Of a DNA stretch of 64,000 nucleotides, positions 47,213 through 57,311 are shown one piece after another. The DNA lies in assembly GCA_045863235.1 (NCBI GenBank), contig BTUM01000030.1:1-64000 (forward strand). Reading direction: 5' to 3'. Within the stretch, counting starts at the first letter, position 1; each line of letters opens with the position of its first letter. Source of the DNA: Candidatus Xenobia bacterium. Its GTDB lineage: Bacteria; Vulcanimicrobiota; Xenobia; Xenobiales; QWHO01. The notes below the pieces were generated by a model. It did no database searches. It saw nothing but the letters and a program-made list of their open reading frames with translations, and was not told where the DNA came from. Made by a program: the position numbers and the translations under genes.

Positions 47213-48468
47213 TGCTGGGCGGCCTGGTGCCGCACCCCCCGCTGCTGGTGCCCGAGGTCGGCGGCTCCCGCCTGGCCCAGGTGGAGTCCACCCGCCTGGC
47301 CCTGGAAGAGCTGTGCCGCGAGGTCTGTTCCCAGGCACCCGAGCGGCTGGTGCTGATCACCCCCCACGGCCCCTACCAGCGCAGCCGCATGAGCTGCCTG
47401 GCCGGTCCCCACCTGAGCGGCACTCTGGCGCGCTTCGGTTGCCCCGAGGTGAGGATCCAGTGGCCCTGCGACGAGGACTTTTGCGGCCGGCTCGACCACG
47501 AGGTCGACCTGGTCGAGGCCGAGCTGGATCACGCCCTCATGGTGCCCCTCTACTTTCTGCGTCAGGCCGGACTGGAGTGCCCGCTGGTGGCGCTGTCGGT
47601 CTCGGGCCTGCCGCGCCAGGCCCACCTGGCTCTGGGCCGCAGCCTGGCCCGGCTGGCCACCACCCCCACCGTCGTCCTGGCCTCGGGGGATCTCTCCCAC
47701 CGCCTGAAGGCCGATGGACCGTACGGCTACGATCCTCGCGGACCGCGCTTTGATGCGGCGGTGGTCCAGAGCCTGGAGCCGCTCGACCCCGAGGCCATCG
47801 GCTCGCTGGACGAGGACCTGGTGGAGGGCGCCGGCGTGTGCGGCCTCAAGCCGCTGATGGTGCTGCTGGGGGCCATGCCGAAGGCGCGGGGCAAGGTGCT
47901 CTCCTATGAGGGCCCCTTCGGAGTGGGCTATGCCGTGGCCCGGCTCGAGCCGCCCATCGACCCTGTCGGCCTGGCCCGCGAGGCGGTCGAAACCTTTGTG
48001 CGCGAGGGTCGTGAGCTGGAGCTGAGCGAGCCGCCCGAGGGGCTGCAGGCTCCCTGCGGCACCTTCGTGACCCTCAAGACCGACGACGGCGAGCTGCGCG
48101 GCTGCATCGGAACCCTGGCCCCCACCACCCCCAACCGGGCGGCCGAGATCGTGCGCAACGCGGTGGCCGCCTGCAGCCGCGATCCCCGCTTCCCGCCCGT
48201 GCAGCCCCACGAGCTTGGCCGGATGACTTACTCGGTCTACCTGCTCGACCCGCCCGAGCCGGCCCAGCCCGAGCAACTCGACCCGGCCGTGTTCGGCGTG
48301 ATCATCCGCTCGCCCCTTGGGAAGAGCGGAGTGCTCTTGCCCGGCATTCCGGGCCTGGATACGGTCGAGCGCCAGCTCTCCGCCCTGCGCAGGAAGGCCG
48401 GCCTCTCGGCGGGCGAGCCGGTGACCCTGGAGCGCTTTCGGGTGCACCGTTTCGGAGAAGACGACTGA
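47203..48468 (+). CDS. LigB/Memo-like + AMMECR1 fusion (AmmeMemoRadiSam protein A type)
   Basis: PHPPLLVPEVG, ASGDLSHRL, YEGPFGVGY; FVTL...LRGCIGT, DPRF. Confidence 0.9.
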   Translation: MAVVLGGLVPHPPLLVPEVGGSRLAQVESTRLALEELCREVCSQAPERLVLITPHGPYQRSRMSCLAGPHLSGTLARFGCPEVRIQWPCDEDFCGRLDHEVDLVEAELDHALMVPLYFLRQAGLECPLVALSVSGLPRQAHLALGRSLARLATTPTVVLASGDLSHRLKADGPYGYDPRGPRFDAAVVQSLEPLDPEAIGSLDEDLVEGAGVCGLKPLMVLLGAMPKARGKVLSYEGPFGVGYAVARLEPPIDPVGLAREAVETFVREGRELELSEPPEGLQAPCGTFVTLKTDDGELRGCIGTLAPTTPNRAAEIVRNAVAACSRDPRFPPVQPHELGRMTYSVYLLDPPEPAQPEQLDPAVFGVIIRSPLGKSGVLLPGIPGLDTVERQLSALRRKAGLSAGEPVTLERFRVHRFGEDD

Positions 48469-50100
48469 ATGGGCCTGCGTCTCAAAACCCAGCTCACGGC
48501 CCTGTTCTTGTTCCTGTTCGGCTTCTCGTTCTTCTGTCTGGCGTACTTCAACCTCAGTATGCTCAGCACGGCGGTGCACTCGAGGGCGGTGGAGCAGTCG
48601 CGCAACCTGGCCGCCCAGGTAGAGGACTGGCTCACCCGGGAGATTCCCAAGAGCATCGGCGCGCGCGACCTCGACGAGGTGGCCATGCAGAATCCCAGCT
48701 CGCTGGTCCACTATCTCGAGCGCCTCAAGGACCTCAACTGCCTCGAAGTCTACTCCGTGCACGGGCATCCCCCCACGCGGCTTTTTCGCTACGGACAGGC
48801 CCAGCTCGAGCAGGCTCCCCACACGCGCTCGATGCAGCGAGCTCTGGAAGGCGAGCGGCACTATCGGCTCTGGGAGTACAGCTCGTCACAGGACTTGAAG
48901 GGCCGCGCCATCGAGGATGTCAGCCCCTTTTCCTCCGGACGGGTCCAGTTCGAATACTACGCCCCCATCTTTCGCTTGCCCGAGGTGGAGGGGGGCAAGC
49001 CAGATCGCTCGGACCAGGCCGGCGTGGTGCACATCTCCTTGTTGCTACCCAATACCCCTCTGCGTATCCGGGTGGCCGTCATCGGCAACCTGGTGCTGGG
49101 TCTGGTGTTCATCTTCACCGGCTTTCTTTCTCTGAACCTCTGGGCCCAGCACGCCATCAAGCGCCCCCTGGACGGACTCATGCGCGCCCGCGAGCGACTG
49201 GGCAAAGGCTACGGGGGCTCGGAGGTGGAGGATCTGCTGTCGGCCAACGAGCTGGTGGCCGTCTCCAACTCGCTCAATCGCCTTTCGCTGGACCTGAGCA
49301 AATACCAGGATGAGCTGGAAGAGAAGACGCGCCGCCTCGAGCAGGCCAACGACCGCTACCGCCAGCTCAACGAGGGACTCGAGCAGCAGGTGGAGGAGAA
49401 GACCCGCGAGCTGCGCGAGTTCTTCTCGCTGGTGACGCACGACCTGCGCATTCCGCTGGCGGCCACTCAGGGCTACGCCGACCTTCTGACCCGGGGAAAG
49501 TCGGGCGAGCTGAACGACAAGCAGCGAAAGTTCGTCAAGAGCATCCGCACAGCCAATTCGCACGCTCTGGAGCTGGTGCGCAACCTGCTCGACGCCATGC
49601 GCTACGAGGCGGGGCAGAACCAGCCGGTCATCGAGCGCTTCGACTTTCACGAGCTGGTGCAGGAGGTGGTCTCGCACCTGGACATTCCCGACGACGACAG
49701 CCCCGATGGTCCGATCGAGGTGGAGATCCCCGATTTCGTCGAGGTCAGCGCCGACCGCACCCGCATAGGCCGCGTGCTGGGCAATCTGGTCAGCAACGCC
49801 CTGCGCCACATCTCTCCGGGGCAGCAGGTCAAACTGACGGCCCGGGTCGAGGGCCCCAACCTCCGCGTGGAGGTGGCCGATAATGGCCCGGGCATTCCGG
49901 CCGAGAACCTGCCCCTCTTGTTCTCCAAGTTCACCCACTTCCCCAGCGAGCGCGGGCCGAGCTCGGGGCTGGGCCTGGGCCTCTACATCGTACGAAGAAT
50001 TCTGGAGAGTCACGGCGAAGCAATCCACGTCGAAAGCCGGGTGGGCGAAGGGTCACGTTTCTGGTTCCACCTGCCCGTTCACGAGGAGAACCAATCATGA
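48469..50100 (+). CDS. Membrane sensor histidine kinase
   Basis: Two TMs, THDLRIPL H-box, NLVSNALR, DNGPGI, GLGLGL. Confidence 0.93.
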   Translation: MGLRLKTQLTALFLFLFGFSFFCLAYFNLSMLSTAVHSRAVEQSRNLAAQVEDWLTREIPKSIGARDLDEVAMQNPSSLVHYLERLKDLNCLEVYSVHGHPPTRLFRYGQAQLEQAPHTRSMQRALEGERHYRLWEYSSSQDLKGRAIEDVSPFSSGRVQFEYYAPIFRLPEVEGGKPDRSDQAGVVHISLLLPNTPLRIRVAVIGNLVLGLVFIFTGFLSLNLWAQHAIKRPLDGLMRARERLGKGYGGSEVEDLLSANELVAVSNSLNRLSLDLSKYQDELEEKTRRLEQANDRYRQLNEGLEQQVEEKTRELREFFSLVTHDLRIPLAATQGYADLLTRGKSGELNDKQRKFVKSIRTANSHALELVRNLLDAMRYEAGQNQPVIERFDFHELVQEVVSHLDIPDDDSPDGPIEVEIPDFVEVSADRTRIGRVLGNLVSNALRHISPGQQVKLTARVEGPNLRVEVADNGPGIPAENLPLLFSKFTHFPSERGPSSGLGLGLYIVRRILESHGEAIHVESRVGEGSRFWFHLPVHEENQS

Positions 50101-50777
50101 CGGCTCCCATTCGCGTGTTGCTCGCCGATGACGTGGCCATGTTCCGCGAGATGCTTTACTCCACTCTGGAGGAGGAAGAGGACGTGGTGGTCGTCGGGGA
50201 GGCGGCCGACGGCCAGGAGGCGTTGGAGAAGTGCCTCGAGCTCGACCCCGACATCCTCATTCTGGACGTCGAGATGCCCCGCATGAACGGGGTGGAGGCT
50301 ACCCGGCTGGTGGCCGAGCGCTGCCCCCGTACCAAAGTCGTCATCCTGACTGCTTACGAGGACGATCAGCTCATCGTGCAACTGATCCAGGCCGGGGCCA
50401 CCGGATATCTGCTCAAGGAGACCAGCACCGATGAGGTGGTGCGCGCCATCCGGGTGGCCCACACCGGCGAGTCCCTGATTCAGCCTCGAGTGGCCAACAA
50501 GATTCTGCGCATGATGGCCCAGATGGCCCCGCCTCAGCCCGCTCCCCGGGCCACCCAACACGACTCGGTGCGCGAGAAGCTCTCGCGGCTGACCTCGCGC
50601 GAGCTGGAGGTGCTCATTCAGGTCGGCAAGGGGATGAACAACAAGGAGCTGGGTGCTCACTTCGTGATCTCCGAGCCGACCGTGAAGACGCACGTGGCCC
50701 GGCTGATGCAGAAGCTAGAGGTGCGCGACCGCATCGCGCTGGTGATGCTGGCGGCCGAAGCGCGTTTGTTGGATTAG
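50097..50777 (+). CDS. NarL/LuxR-family response regulator
   Basis: LADD, LDVEMP, GYLLK, LTSRELEVL...TVKTHV. Confidence 0.95.
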   Translation: MTAPIRVLLADDVAMFREMLYSTLEEEEDVVVVGEAADGQEALEKCLELDPDILILDVEMPRMNGVEATRLVAERCPRTKVVILTAYEDDQLIVQLIQAGATGYLLKETSTDEVVRAIRVAHTGESLIQPRVANKILRMMAQMAPPQPAPRATQHDSVREKLSRLTSRELEVLIQVGKGMNNKELGAHFVISEPTVKTHVARLMQKLEVRDRIALVMLAAEARLLD

Positions 50778-50868
50778 AGCTGCGCGCAGCGAGCAATCAG
50801 GTCGGCTAGAGGGTCTATCGACCCCCGGCAGCGTAGCGCCCCTGACACCACGAAGGGGTGTGCGGCCT

Positions 50869-52119
50869 TCAGGCTTTCTTGAGCCGAATGCGAAAGGTCG
50901 AGCCTTTGCCGGGCTGGCTCTCGAGCTCGATAGAGCCGCCCATGCTGGCCAACAGGCTGCGGACGATCCAGAGGCCCAGACCGGTGCCCCGGGCGTTGCC
51001 CGTTTCGCCCCGCACGAAACGCTCGAACAGCCTCGGCTGGCGCTCGGGCGCAATGCCCGGGCCCGAGTCGATCACTTCGACCAGAACCTGGTCCCCTTCT
51101 GCCTGAGCCCGCACCGTGATGGGAGTGCCCCCGGGCGAGTATTTGATGGCGTTGTCGAGCAGGTTGCCGAGAACTTGCTCGAGGCGGTTGGGATCGCCAT
51201 GCACCCGCAGGTCGCCCGGCACCTCGACGGTGATCGGGTAGAGGGCGCGTCGATTCTCGGCCAGCTTGGAGCGCGAGAACTCCACCTCTTGCTCGATGGC
51301 CGACTTGAGCTCGACCGGGGTGGACGAGACCTCCAGAGCGCGTTCCTCGAACAGTGCGGTGGCATCGAGATAGGTCTCTACCAGCCGGATGGCCCGCTTG
51401 AGCGAGCCTTCCATGTCGTCGAGCACGTGGACCGCATCCGGGCTCGGGTTCAGCCGGCGCAGAAGGAAGATGCCGTTTTTCAAGACCGTGAGAGGGCCCT
51501 TGAGGTCGTGCGAGGCGATGGAGACGAAGGCCGACATGGCCGCGCTCCAGGCTTCCATCTCGCGAGAGTGGACCTGCTCGCGGTGTTGCTCCTTGAGGGC
51601 TTCCTCGCGTTCGTTGATCAGGCGGGAGTTCTCCACGCAGATGGCCGCCTGGGCCACGAAGGAAGGCAGAATCTCCTTGCTGCCGGCGGAGAAACGCGAG
51701 GTGATCCGGCTATCGAGGTAGATCAGGCCGATCATGCGCTCTTGCACGATCATCGGCTCGATCAGGATGGAGCGCAGGCCATAGAGCTCGACCGAGCGGG
51801 AGGGGTCGGCTTCGTCCAGGGCGTTCTGCCGATCCACGCGCTGGCGGGTCCGCAAGGCGTGCAGGATGGACTTCTTGCTGGGCGTGAACTCCTCTTCGTC
51901 GAGCTCGGTGGCGTCCATCCGGTGGACGGCTTTGACGCGATAGGACTCTTCCGGACTGTCGGGGTCGGCCAGGATCAGCGAACCCCGCTCGGCCCCGGTG
52001 AACAGGACGGCGGAAGCCAGGATCTTCTGCAGCAGCTCATCCTGGTCGAGCACCGCCGTGATCGACCGAGAAACCTCGATCAGCCGAACGACGGCTTCGG
52101 GGGGGGCTTCAGGCGCCAT
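50869..52119 (-). CDS. GAF-domain histidine kinase
   Basis: GAERGSLIL...GLIYLDS GAF; SHDLKGPL, NLLDNAIKYS, GTGLGL. Confidence 0.93.
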   Translation of the reverse strand: MAPEAPPEAVVRLIEVSRSITAVLDQDELLQKILASAVLFTGAERGSLILADPDSPEESYRVKAVHRMDATELDEEEFTPSKKSILHALRTRQRVDRQNALDEADPSRSVELYGLRSILIEPMIVQERMIGLIYLDSRITSRFSAGSKEILPSFVAQAAICVENSRLINEREEALKEQHREQVHSREMEAWSAAMSAFVSIASHDLKGPLTVLKNGIFLLRRLNPSPDAVHVLDDMEGSLKRAIRLVETYLDATALFEERALEVSSTPVELKSAIEQEVEFSRSKLAENRRALYPITVEVPGDLRVHGDPNRLEQVLGNLLDNAIKYSPGGTPITVRAQAEGDQVLVEVIDSGPGIAPERQPRLFERFVRGETGNARGTGLGLWIVRSLLASMGGSIELESQPGKGSTFRIRLKKA

Positions 52120-52184
52120 GGGCGCTCACTTCGGGCTCAGGCCCGGGCATTCCGCCCTGCAGAACGAAACTGCGACCAGACCTT

Positions 52185-53195
52185 CTAGAGCCAGCCTTCG
52201 CGGGCCATCAGCGAGCGCAGCTTGCGCAGGGCCCGCCCCTCTTGCTGGCGGACGGCTTCCTTGCTCACTCCAAAGGCTTCGGCCAGCTCTTGCAGGGTGC
52301 GAACCTCCTGGTTGCCCAGGCCGAAACGAAGCTCGAGCAGCTGCCGCTCGCGCTCGGTCAGCAGAGAGAAGAGGTAGCCCCAGTCGGCGCGGTTGAGAAC
52401 GTCGGATGAGATACCCGTCTCGCTGGCGAGCAGGTCCTTGAGGCGGGTGTCGGAGGTGTCATCCCCGACCGGAGTCTCCAGCGAAACCGGCTCCTGGGCC
52501 ATGGTCAGGATGTTCTTCAGGCGCCGCAGCGACTTCTTCTCCATCTCCACGACCTTCTGCTGGACTCGCGGGTCGCTGGGGGGAAGGTCTTGCTTGAGGG
52601 CGCGCGAGAGCTTCCTGCGCACCTTCTCGGGGGAAACCGGGAAGAGTTGCTTGCTGGCTCGCTCGAGGGTCGGCTTCTCACCGTCCTTCTTGAAGGCCTG
52701 GGCGGAAATGCGTCCGTACTTGTGCACGATCTCGGTGACGTGGACGGGCAGCCGGATGGAGCGGCCCTTGTTGGCGATGGAGCGACTGATGGCCTGACGG
52801 ATCCACCAGCAGGCATAGGTGGAGAAGCGACAACCGCGGGCCGGGTCGAACTTCTCGACCGCTTCCATCAACCCCATGTTGCCTTCTTGCACCAGATCCT
52901 GGAAGGTCAACCCCATTCCCAGGAACTTGCGGGCCATGCTCAAGACCAGGCGGAGATTGGCTTCAATCAAGCGCTCGCGGGCTTCCTGGTCACCTTGCTG
53001 GATGCGCTCGGCGAGCTCGCGCTCTTGCTCGCGGGTCAGCAGCTCGACCTGATAGACCTCGCGAAGGTATGCCGTGAGACTGCTGAAGTCTTGCTGCTCG
53101 TCGGCCTTGTCAGGCTTCCACGTCTTGAGGCTGCGGCGAGCCTGCCGGTCTTCCTGGGAGGTTTCCGGAAGATTTTCGATGTCAACAGCGAGCAT
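52185..53195 (-). CDS. RpoD/SigA-family sigma factor lacking region 1.1
   Basis: [48 protein letters not shown]. Confidence 0.93.
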   Translation of the reverse strand: MLAVDIENLPETSQEDRQARRSLKTWKPDKADEQQDFSSLTAYLREVYQVELLTREQERELAERIQQGDQEARERLIEANLRLVLSMARKFLGMGLTFQDLVQEGNMGLMEAVEKFDPARGCRFSTYACWWIRQAISRSIANKGRSIRLPVHVTEIVHKYGRISAQAFKKDGEKPTLERASKQLFPVSPEKVRRKLSRALKQDLPPSDPRVQQKVVEMEKKSLRRLKNILTMAQEPVSLETPVGDDTSDTRLKDLLASETGISSDVLNRADWGYLFSLLTERERQLLELRFGLGNQEVRTLQELAEAFGVSKEAVRQQEGRALRKLRSLMAREGWL

Positions 53196-53412
53196 GGTGC
53201 GATCCTCCTACCTGCCCCTATGGTAGAGGCGGAGGGGGGGTACGGTCGTCATACCAGGGTATGATGTTTCTGATATGTTAACTGGACTTTTCCAAAATAT
53301 GTGCTAGGGCCCCGTTGGCCTTGGCTTTTGGGCTCCGGTCTGCTATTCTAGACCGGGTGGTGGGAGCGAACAGAGCGAGTTTAAGAGTGCCTGAGAGGTC
53401 GGGAGGGTTTCT

Positions 53413-54540
53413 TTGGTTCCTTCCACGTCGGTTCGTGGCTCGGGTTTGTCCGCGCTGAGGCGAACGACCACCGCGCGGCCCGAAGCTCCTCCACTCAAGA
53501 AGATGCCCGGCCAGCAATCGATGGCCGTCTTCTTCCGCTCCCTTGCGGTCATGTTTCAGGGCGGCGTGACGATTGATCGAGCGCTATCCCTGCTCAGTGT
53601 CCAGGAGGACCAGGCCATGGCCGAGGTGTGCAAGCGCATGGCTGATCAGGTGCGCCACGGCCACTCCCTTTCTCAGGCCATGGCTAAGAACGAGCCCGCC
53701 TTCACCAAGATGCACTACAAACTGGTCCAGGTGGGCGAGGCGACCGGCAACCTGGACACGATCCTGGAGCAGTTGAGCCACTACGAAGAGAAGCGTCGGG
53801 CCACCACCATGAAGGTCAAGAGCGCCCTGACCTATCCGGCTTTCCTGTTTGCCATCTGCTGCTTGATGTTGATGATCCTGCCGCCCTATATGCTGGGGGG
53901 CATCTTCCAGGTCATTCAATCCTCGGGCTCGGAGCTTCCGCTGATCAGCAAGGTGGTGCTGGGAACCGCCATGTGGATGCGCACGCCCACGTTTTACGTG
54001 GTGCTTGTGGCCGTGCTGGTGGGGGGCTTTTTCCTGGGCCGCAAGGTCTGGAGCAGACCAGAGTCACGCCTGGCCCTCCAGCGCTTTGCGCTGGAAGCTC
54101 CTGGCCTGGGCAAGCTGGTGCGGGCGCTGGGTCTGAGCCGGTTTGCCAGGGCCTGGAGCATCCAGGTGGCCGTGGGGGTGGCTCCGGTGGCCGCTCTGCA
54201 ACTGGCCGCCGAGTCCACCATGGACCCCTGCCTGGAAGAGGACATCTCCCACAGCGTGACGGCCCTGCGCGACGGTTGCTCGATGCAGGCCAGCCTGGAC
54301 GCCAGCGGCTACTTTCCCTCGCTTTTTTTACAGATGGTGGCCGTAGGCGAGGAGTCCGGCGGCCTTGAAGCCATGGTGAGCCGGGTGGCCCAGATTTACG
54401 AAGGTCAGCTCGACCACACCCTGGACACGCTGACCGCTCTGCTCGAGCCGTTCGTGATGCTGGTGATGGGAGCCATCGTGGGCGTCATCGTGGTGGCTAC
54501 CATGCTGCCCATGATGCAGGTTCTGAACTCGTTCAGCTAG
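53413..54540 (+). CDS. pilC: PilC/GspF-family platform protein
   Basis: Two F domains (VGEATGNL, VGEESGGL), ALTYP, LLEP; start may be 53503 or 53521. Confidence 0.9.
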   Translation: MVPSTSVRGSGLSALRRTTTARPEAPPLKKMPGQQSMAVFFRSLAVMFQGGVTIDRALSLLSVQEDQAMAEVCKRMADQVRHGHSLSQAMAKNEPAFTKMHYKLVQVGEATGNLDTILEQLSHYEEKRRATTMKVKSALTYPAFLFAICCLMLMILPPYMLGGIFQVIQSSGSELPLISKVVLGTAMWMRTPTFYVVLVAVLVGGFFLGRKVWSRPESRLALQRFALEAPGLGKLVRALGLSRFARAWSIQVAVGVAPVAALQLAAESTMDPCLEEDISHSVTALRDGCSMQASLDASGYFPSLFLQMVAVGEESGGLEAMVSRVAQIYEGQLDHTLDTLTALLEPFVMLVMGAIVGVIVVATMLPMMQVLNSFS

Positions 54541-56302
54541 CCACGTTGGTGTTGTAGCTCTTGGGCTTCTCCTGCGGGGCGGCTGCCAACTCGGGGCCGC
54601 TCTCGCTTCGATCCTGAGCGGCTTGCTGCAGGGCCGCCAGACATTCCTCTAAGTTGGGGTAGCGCTCGGAGGGGTCCTTGGCCAGCATCCGCAGCACCAC
54701 TTTGTCGATCGAGTCCGGGATCTCGGGTCGCCACTCGCGCATGGAAACGACTTTTTCGCTCAGGTGGCTGAAGAGCAGCGCTACCGAGTCTTCGTTGGCG
54801 AAGGGGCGCCGCCCGGTCAGGATCTCGTAGAACGTGATCCCCAGCGAATACTGGTCCGAGCTCTTGTTCATGCCCCCGCCCGTGATCTGCTCAGGGGAGA
54901 CGTAAGCGGGAGTGCCCAGTACCGAGCCCGACTGGGTGATCTGGGTGTTGACGGCCTGGTCTCGGGCCAGGCCAAAGTCCATGATCTTGATCCGGCCGTC
55001 CTTGGTAACCATGATGTTGTCGGGCTTGATGTCGCGGTGGACCACCCCTTCCTTGTGGGCGTGGGCCAGGCCCCGGAGCATCTGCTCGAAGTAGTGCAAC
55101 GCCTCGCCGATGGGGAAGTTGGGACGAACGTAATCGCGCAGGGGCACCCCTTCGACGAGCTCCATCGCGAGGTAGAGGTGGCCGTCCTTGTCGCCAAAGT
55201 CCACCACCCGCACGATGGCCGGATCGCTGAGCTTCCTGCTCACCTGGATCTCGCGCTGGAATCGCTTGCGGAACTCGTCGTTCTCGGACAGGTCCAGGTT
55301 CATCAGCTTGAGGGCCACTGCGGGGGCTTCGTCGCCGAGCAAGAGGTCGTCGTCGCTGATGGCTTTGTAGACCACGGCCATGCCGCCGGCGCCCAGTTTG
55401 CTCATCACGCGCCAGTTGCCGAGCAGCGTGCCGATCCACTTGTCTTCTCTGTTCAGGGCCATCTTCTCCAGGTCGGCCAGGCGAGCCTCGCGGGCCCGCA
55501 AGAAGCGCATGACCTTGCGCCGCCTGAGCTCGAAAACGGTGGCTCCACCCAGCGCGGCCAGCACCAGGGGAATGCCGATTGCCAGTTGCACGGGGTGGAG
55601 CCTGGCATACCAGTAGAGGGGGGCCCACCAGTACATTGGCGCGAGCTGATAGGAGCCCACGCTGGGGAAGCGACCCTTTTGATCAGGAGCGGTGATGACT
55701 CCGTTGGCGGTCATAGGGGCGGAGTTGTGGTAATACTTGACGTTGCGAAACTCGACGACAGGGTCCTTTTCGCTTTGCGACTCCGGGTGCCAGAAATCGG
55801 AGCGGGTGAAGCGGATGGGCTGACAGGAGATTCCGATCGGCTTGCCCTGCGCGTTTGGGCTGGAGACATTGCTCAAGACCACCTCGGCCCCTGGTGGGTA
55901 GGTCCAGAAGACGACGGTTGTCTCGTAGTCGGGTCTCATCTCCACGTGGGGCCCCTCACGGGGCGGAGGCCAGACGCCCTGGCGCAGGCTCTCCCACTGC
56001 TCGCGCGCCCTGGTCTGCAACATTCCCTGGCTGAGAGCGGGATCATACAGGCTCACCCATTCCTCGAGATGGCCTTCGGCTCGAAAGATCAGTGTGTAAT
56101 TCGGCTGCCCCTGTAACCGGTCCAGGTCGAGCTCGATCGGTTCCCTGGTCGTTCCCAGGAACTCGGGCGGCTTGTTGGGATCGACTCGGAGAAAGACCTG
56201 CGTGTTGATCTTACCGTCCACGGAGGTCTTGAACTGCACTTTGACCTTCTCGGCCAGAGCCGGGCCCGTCAGCAGCGCAAGCAGGAGGACCAGGAGCCTC
56301 AA
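54533..56302 (-). CDS. Receptor-type Ser/Thr protein kinase
   Basis: Signal peptide, PEGA-like segment, TM, LGAGGMAVVY, VALK, HRDIKPDN, DFGLA, GTPAYVSPEQ. Confidence 0.95.
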   Translation of the reverse strand: MRLLVLLLALLTGPALAEKVKVQFKTSVDGKINTQVFLRVDPNKPPEFLGTTREPIELDLDRLQGQPNYTLIFRAEGHLEEWVSLYDPALSQGMLQTRAREQWESLRQGVWPPPREGPHVEMRPDYETTVVFWTYPPGAEVVLSNVSSPNAQGKPIGISCQPIRFTRSDFWHPESQSEKDPVVEFRNVKYYHNSAPMTANGVITAPDQKGRFPSVGSYQLAPMYWWAPLYWYARLHPVQLAIGIPLVLAALGGATVFELRRRKVMRFLRAREARLADLEKMALNREDKWIGTLLGNWRVMSKLGAGGMAVVYKAISDDDLLLGDEAPAVALKLMNLDLSENDEFRKRFQREIQVSRKLSDPAIVRVVDFGDKDGHLYLAMELVEGVPLRDYVRPNFPIGEALHYFEQMLRGLAHAHKEGVVHRDIKPDNIMVTKDGRIKIMDFGLARDQAVNTQITQSGSVLGTPAYVSPEQITGGGMNKSSDQYSLGITFYEILTGRRPFANEDSVALLFSHLSEKVVSMREWRPEIPDSIDKVVLRMLAKDPSERYPNLEECLAALQQAAQDRSESGPELAAAPQEKPKSYNTNVAS

Positions 56303-56940
56303 CTGTCGTTCCGCACGGTCACCGCCCGACGAAGCTCGAGAGTCTCCAACTTCTGAGAATGGGGCACCGTTTGCTGCAGAGTCAGTCTGATCTCGATCAG
56401 GGAGCGGCCTGGATTGGTCACCGTGAATGCTTCCACGTCGCTGGCCAGAGTCATCTCGGTGGCGTTGGACTGGTTGGCGATCTGGAGCAGATCGGCGGGA
56501 GAGATGCGCAGCGGATGGCTGGCGTTGAAGGGCAGGCCCAGGGCCGGAGGATCGGGAGGGTAGGTCTCGCGCGTCAACCTGCGCTGGGTGGGGTAGTAGA
56601 AATAGCAGACGGCCCCGGTCTCCCAGACCTGCGACGCATCCGAGCTCGAGAGCAGGCGCACGATCCCGATTCCTGTCGGGTCGGTCGCGTTGGGGGGCAA
56701 GAAGCCCACCGACCCGATCGAGGCTTGCTCCAGGTCGTTCACCATGCGGTTGATGGCAATGGCTCCCCGCTGCTGCATCTCGGCCCGAATCGAGCCCTGG
56801 GCCGACATGGCCATGGCCGGGAAGAGGAAATTGATGACCATGAGGCCGAGCAGGGCGACCACGATGCAGGCCACCATCATCTCGACCACGGACATGCCGC
56901 GTCGACTGTGGAGTTTCAGGGTTTGAGCTTGCTGACCCAC
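56299..56940 (-). CDS. Prepilin-like (PilW/PulJ-type) protein
   Basis: RRG-MSVVEMMV class III signal; start uncertain. Confidence 0.8.
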   Translation of the reverse strand: MGQQAQTLKLHSRRGMSVVEMMVACIVVALLGLMVINFLFPAMAMSAQGSIRAEMQQRGAIAINRMVNDLEQASIGSVGFLPPNATDPTGIGIVRLLSSSDASQVWETGAVCYFYYPTQRRLTRETYPPDPPALGLPFNASHPLRISPADLLQIANQSNATEMTLASDVEAFTVTNPGRSLIEIRLTLQQTVPHSQKLETLELRRAVTVRNDS

Positions 56941-57311
56941 ACTTCCCTCTGCACCGCTCGGGTCACGCTTTGAAAGGTCCAACTGACCCGGACCCGCACC
57001 CCTTTGACGAGGTCTGCCCGGGTCCCTGGCACGTCGAAGATGGTCAACTCGGGACGATACACGACCGCGTTGACGGTGCGGGTGGCCAGGGCGGTGGGGC
57101 CGCCTACCGGCAGAGTGTCGAAGGGCTCAGCTCGATAGATCTCCACCCAGGTCTGGGCCTCTTGCTCGGCGATGATCTGGCATTCGCCGCGCTTCAAGGC
57201 GTACATCGACGAGGGAAACAGGTTGAAGACGGCCAGCATGACCAGACAGAGCACGAAGCAGGAGGCGATCGTCTCCATCAGGGTCATCCCGCGCCGGGGG
57301 AGAGCTACCAC
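56916..57311 (-). CDS. Prepilin-like (PilV-type) protein
   Basis: RRG-MTLMETIA class III signal. Confidence 0.85.
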   Translation of the reverse strand: MVALPRRGMTLMETIASCFVLCLVMLAVFNLFPSSMYALKRGECQIIAEQEAQTWVEIYRAEPFDTLPVGGPTALATRTVNAVVYRPELTIFDVPGTRADLVKGVRVRVSWTFQSVTRAVQREVWVSKLKP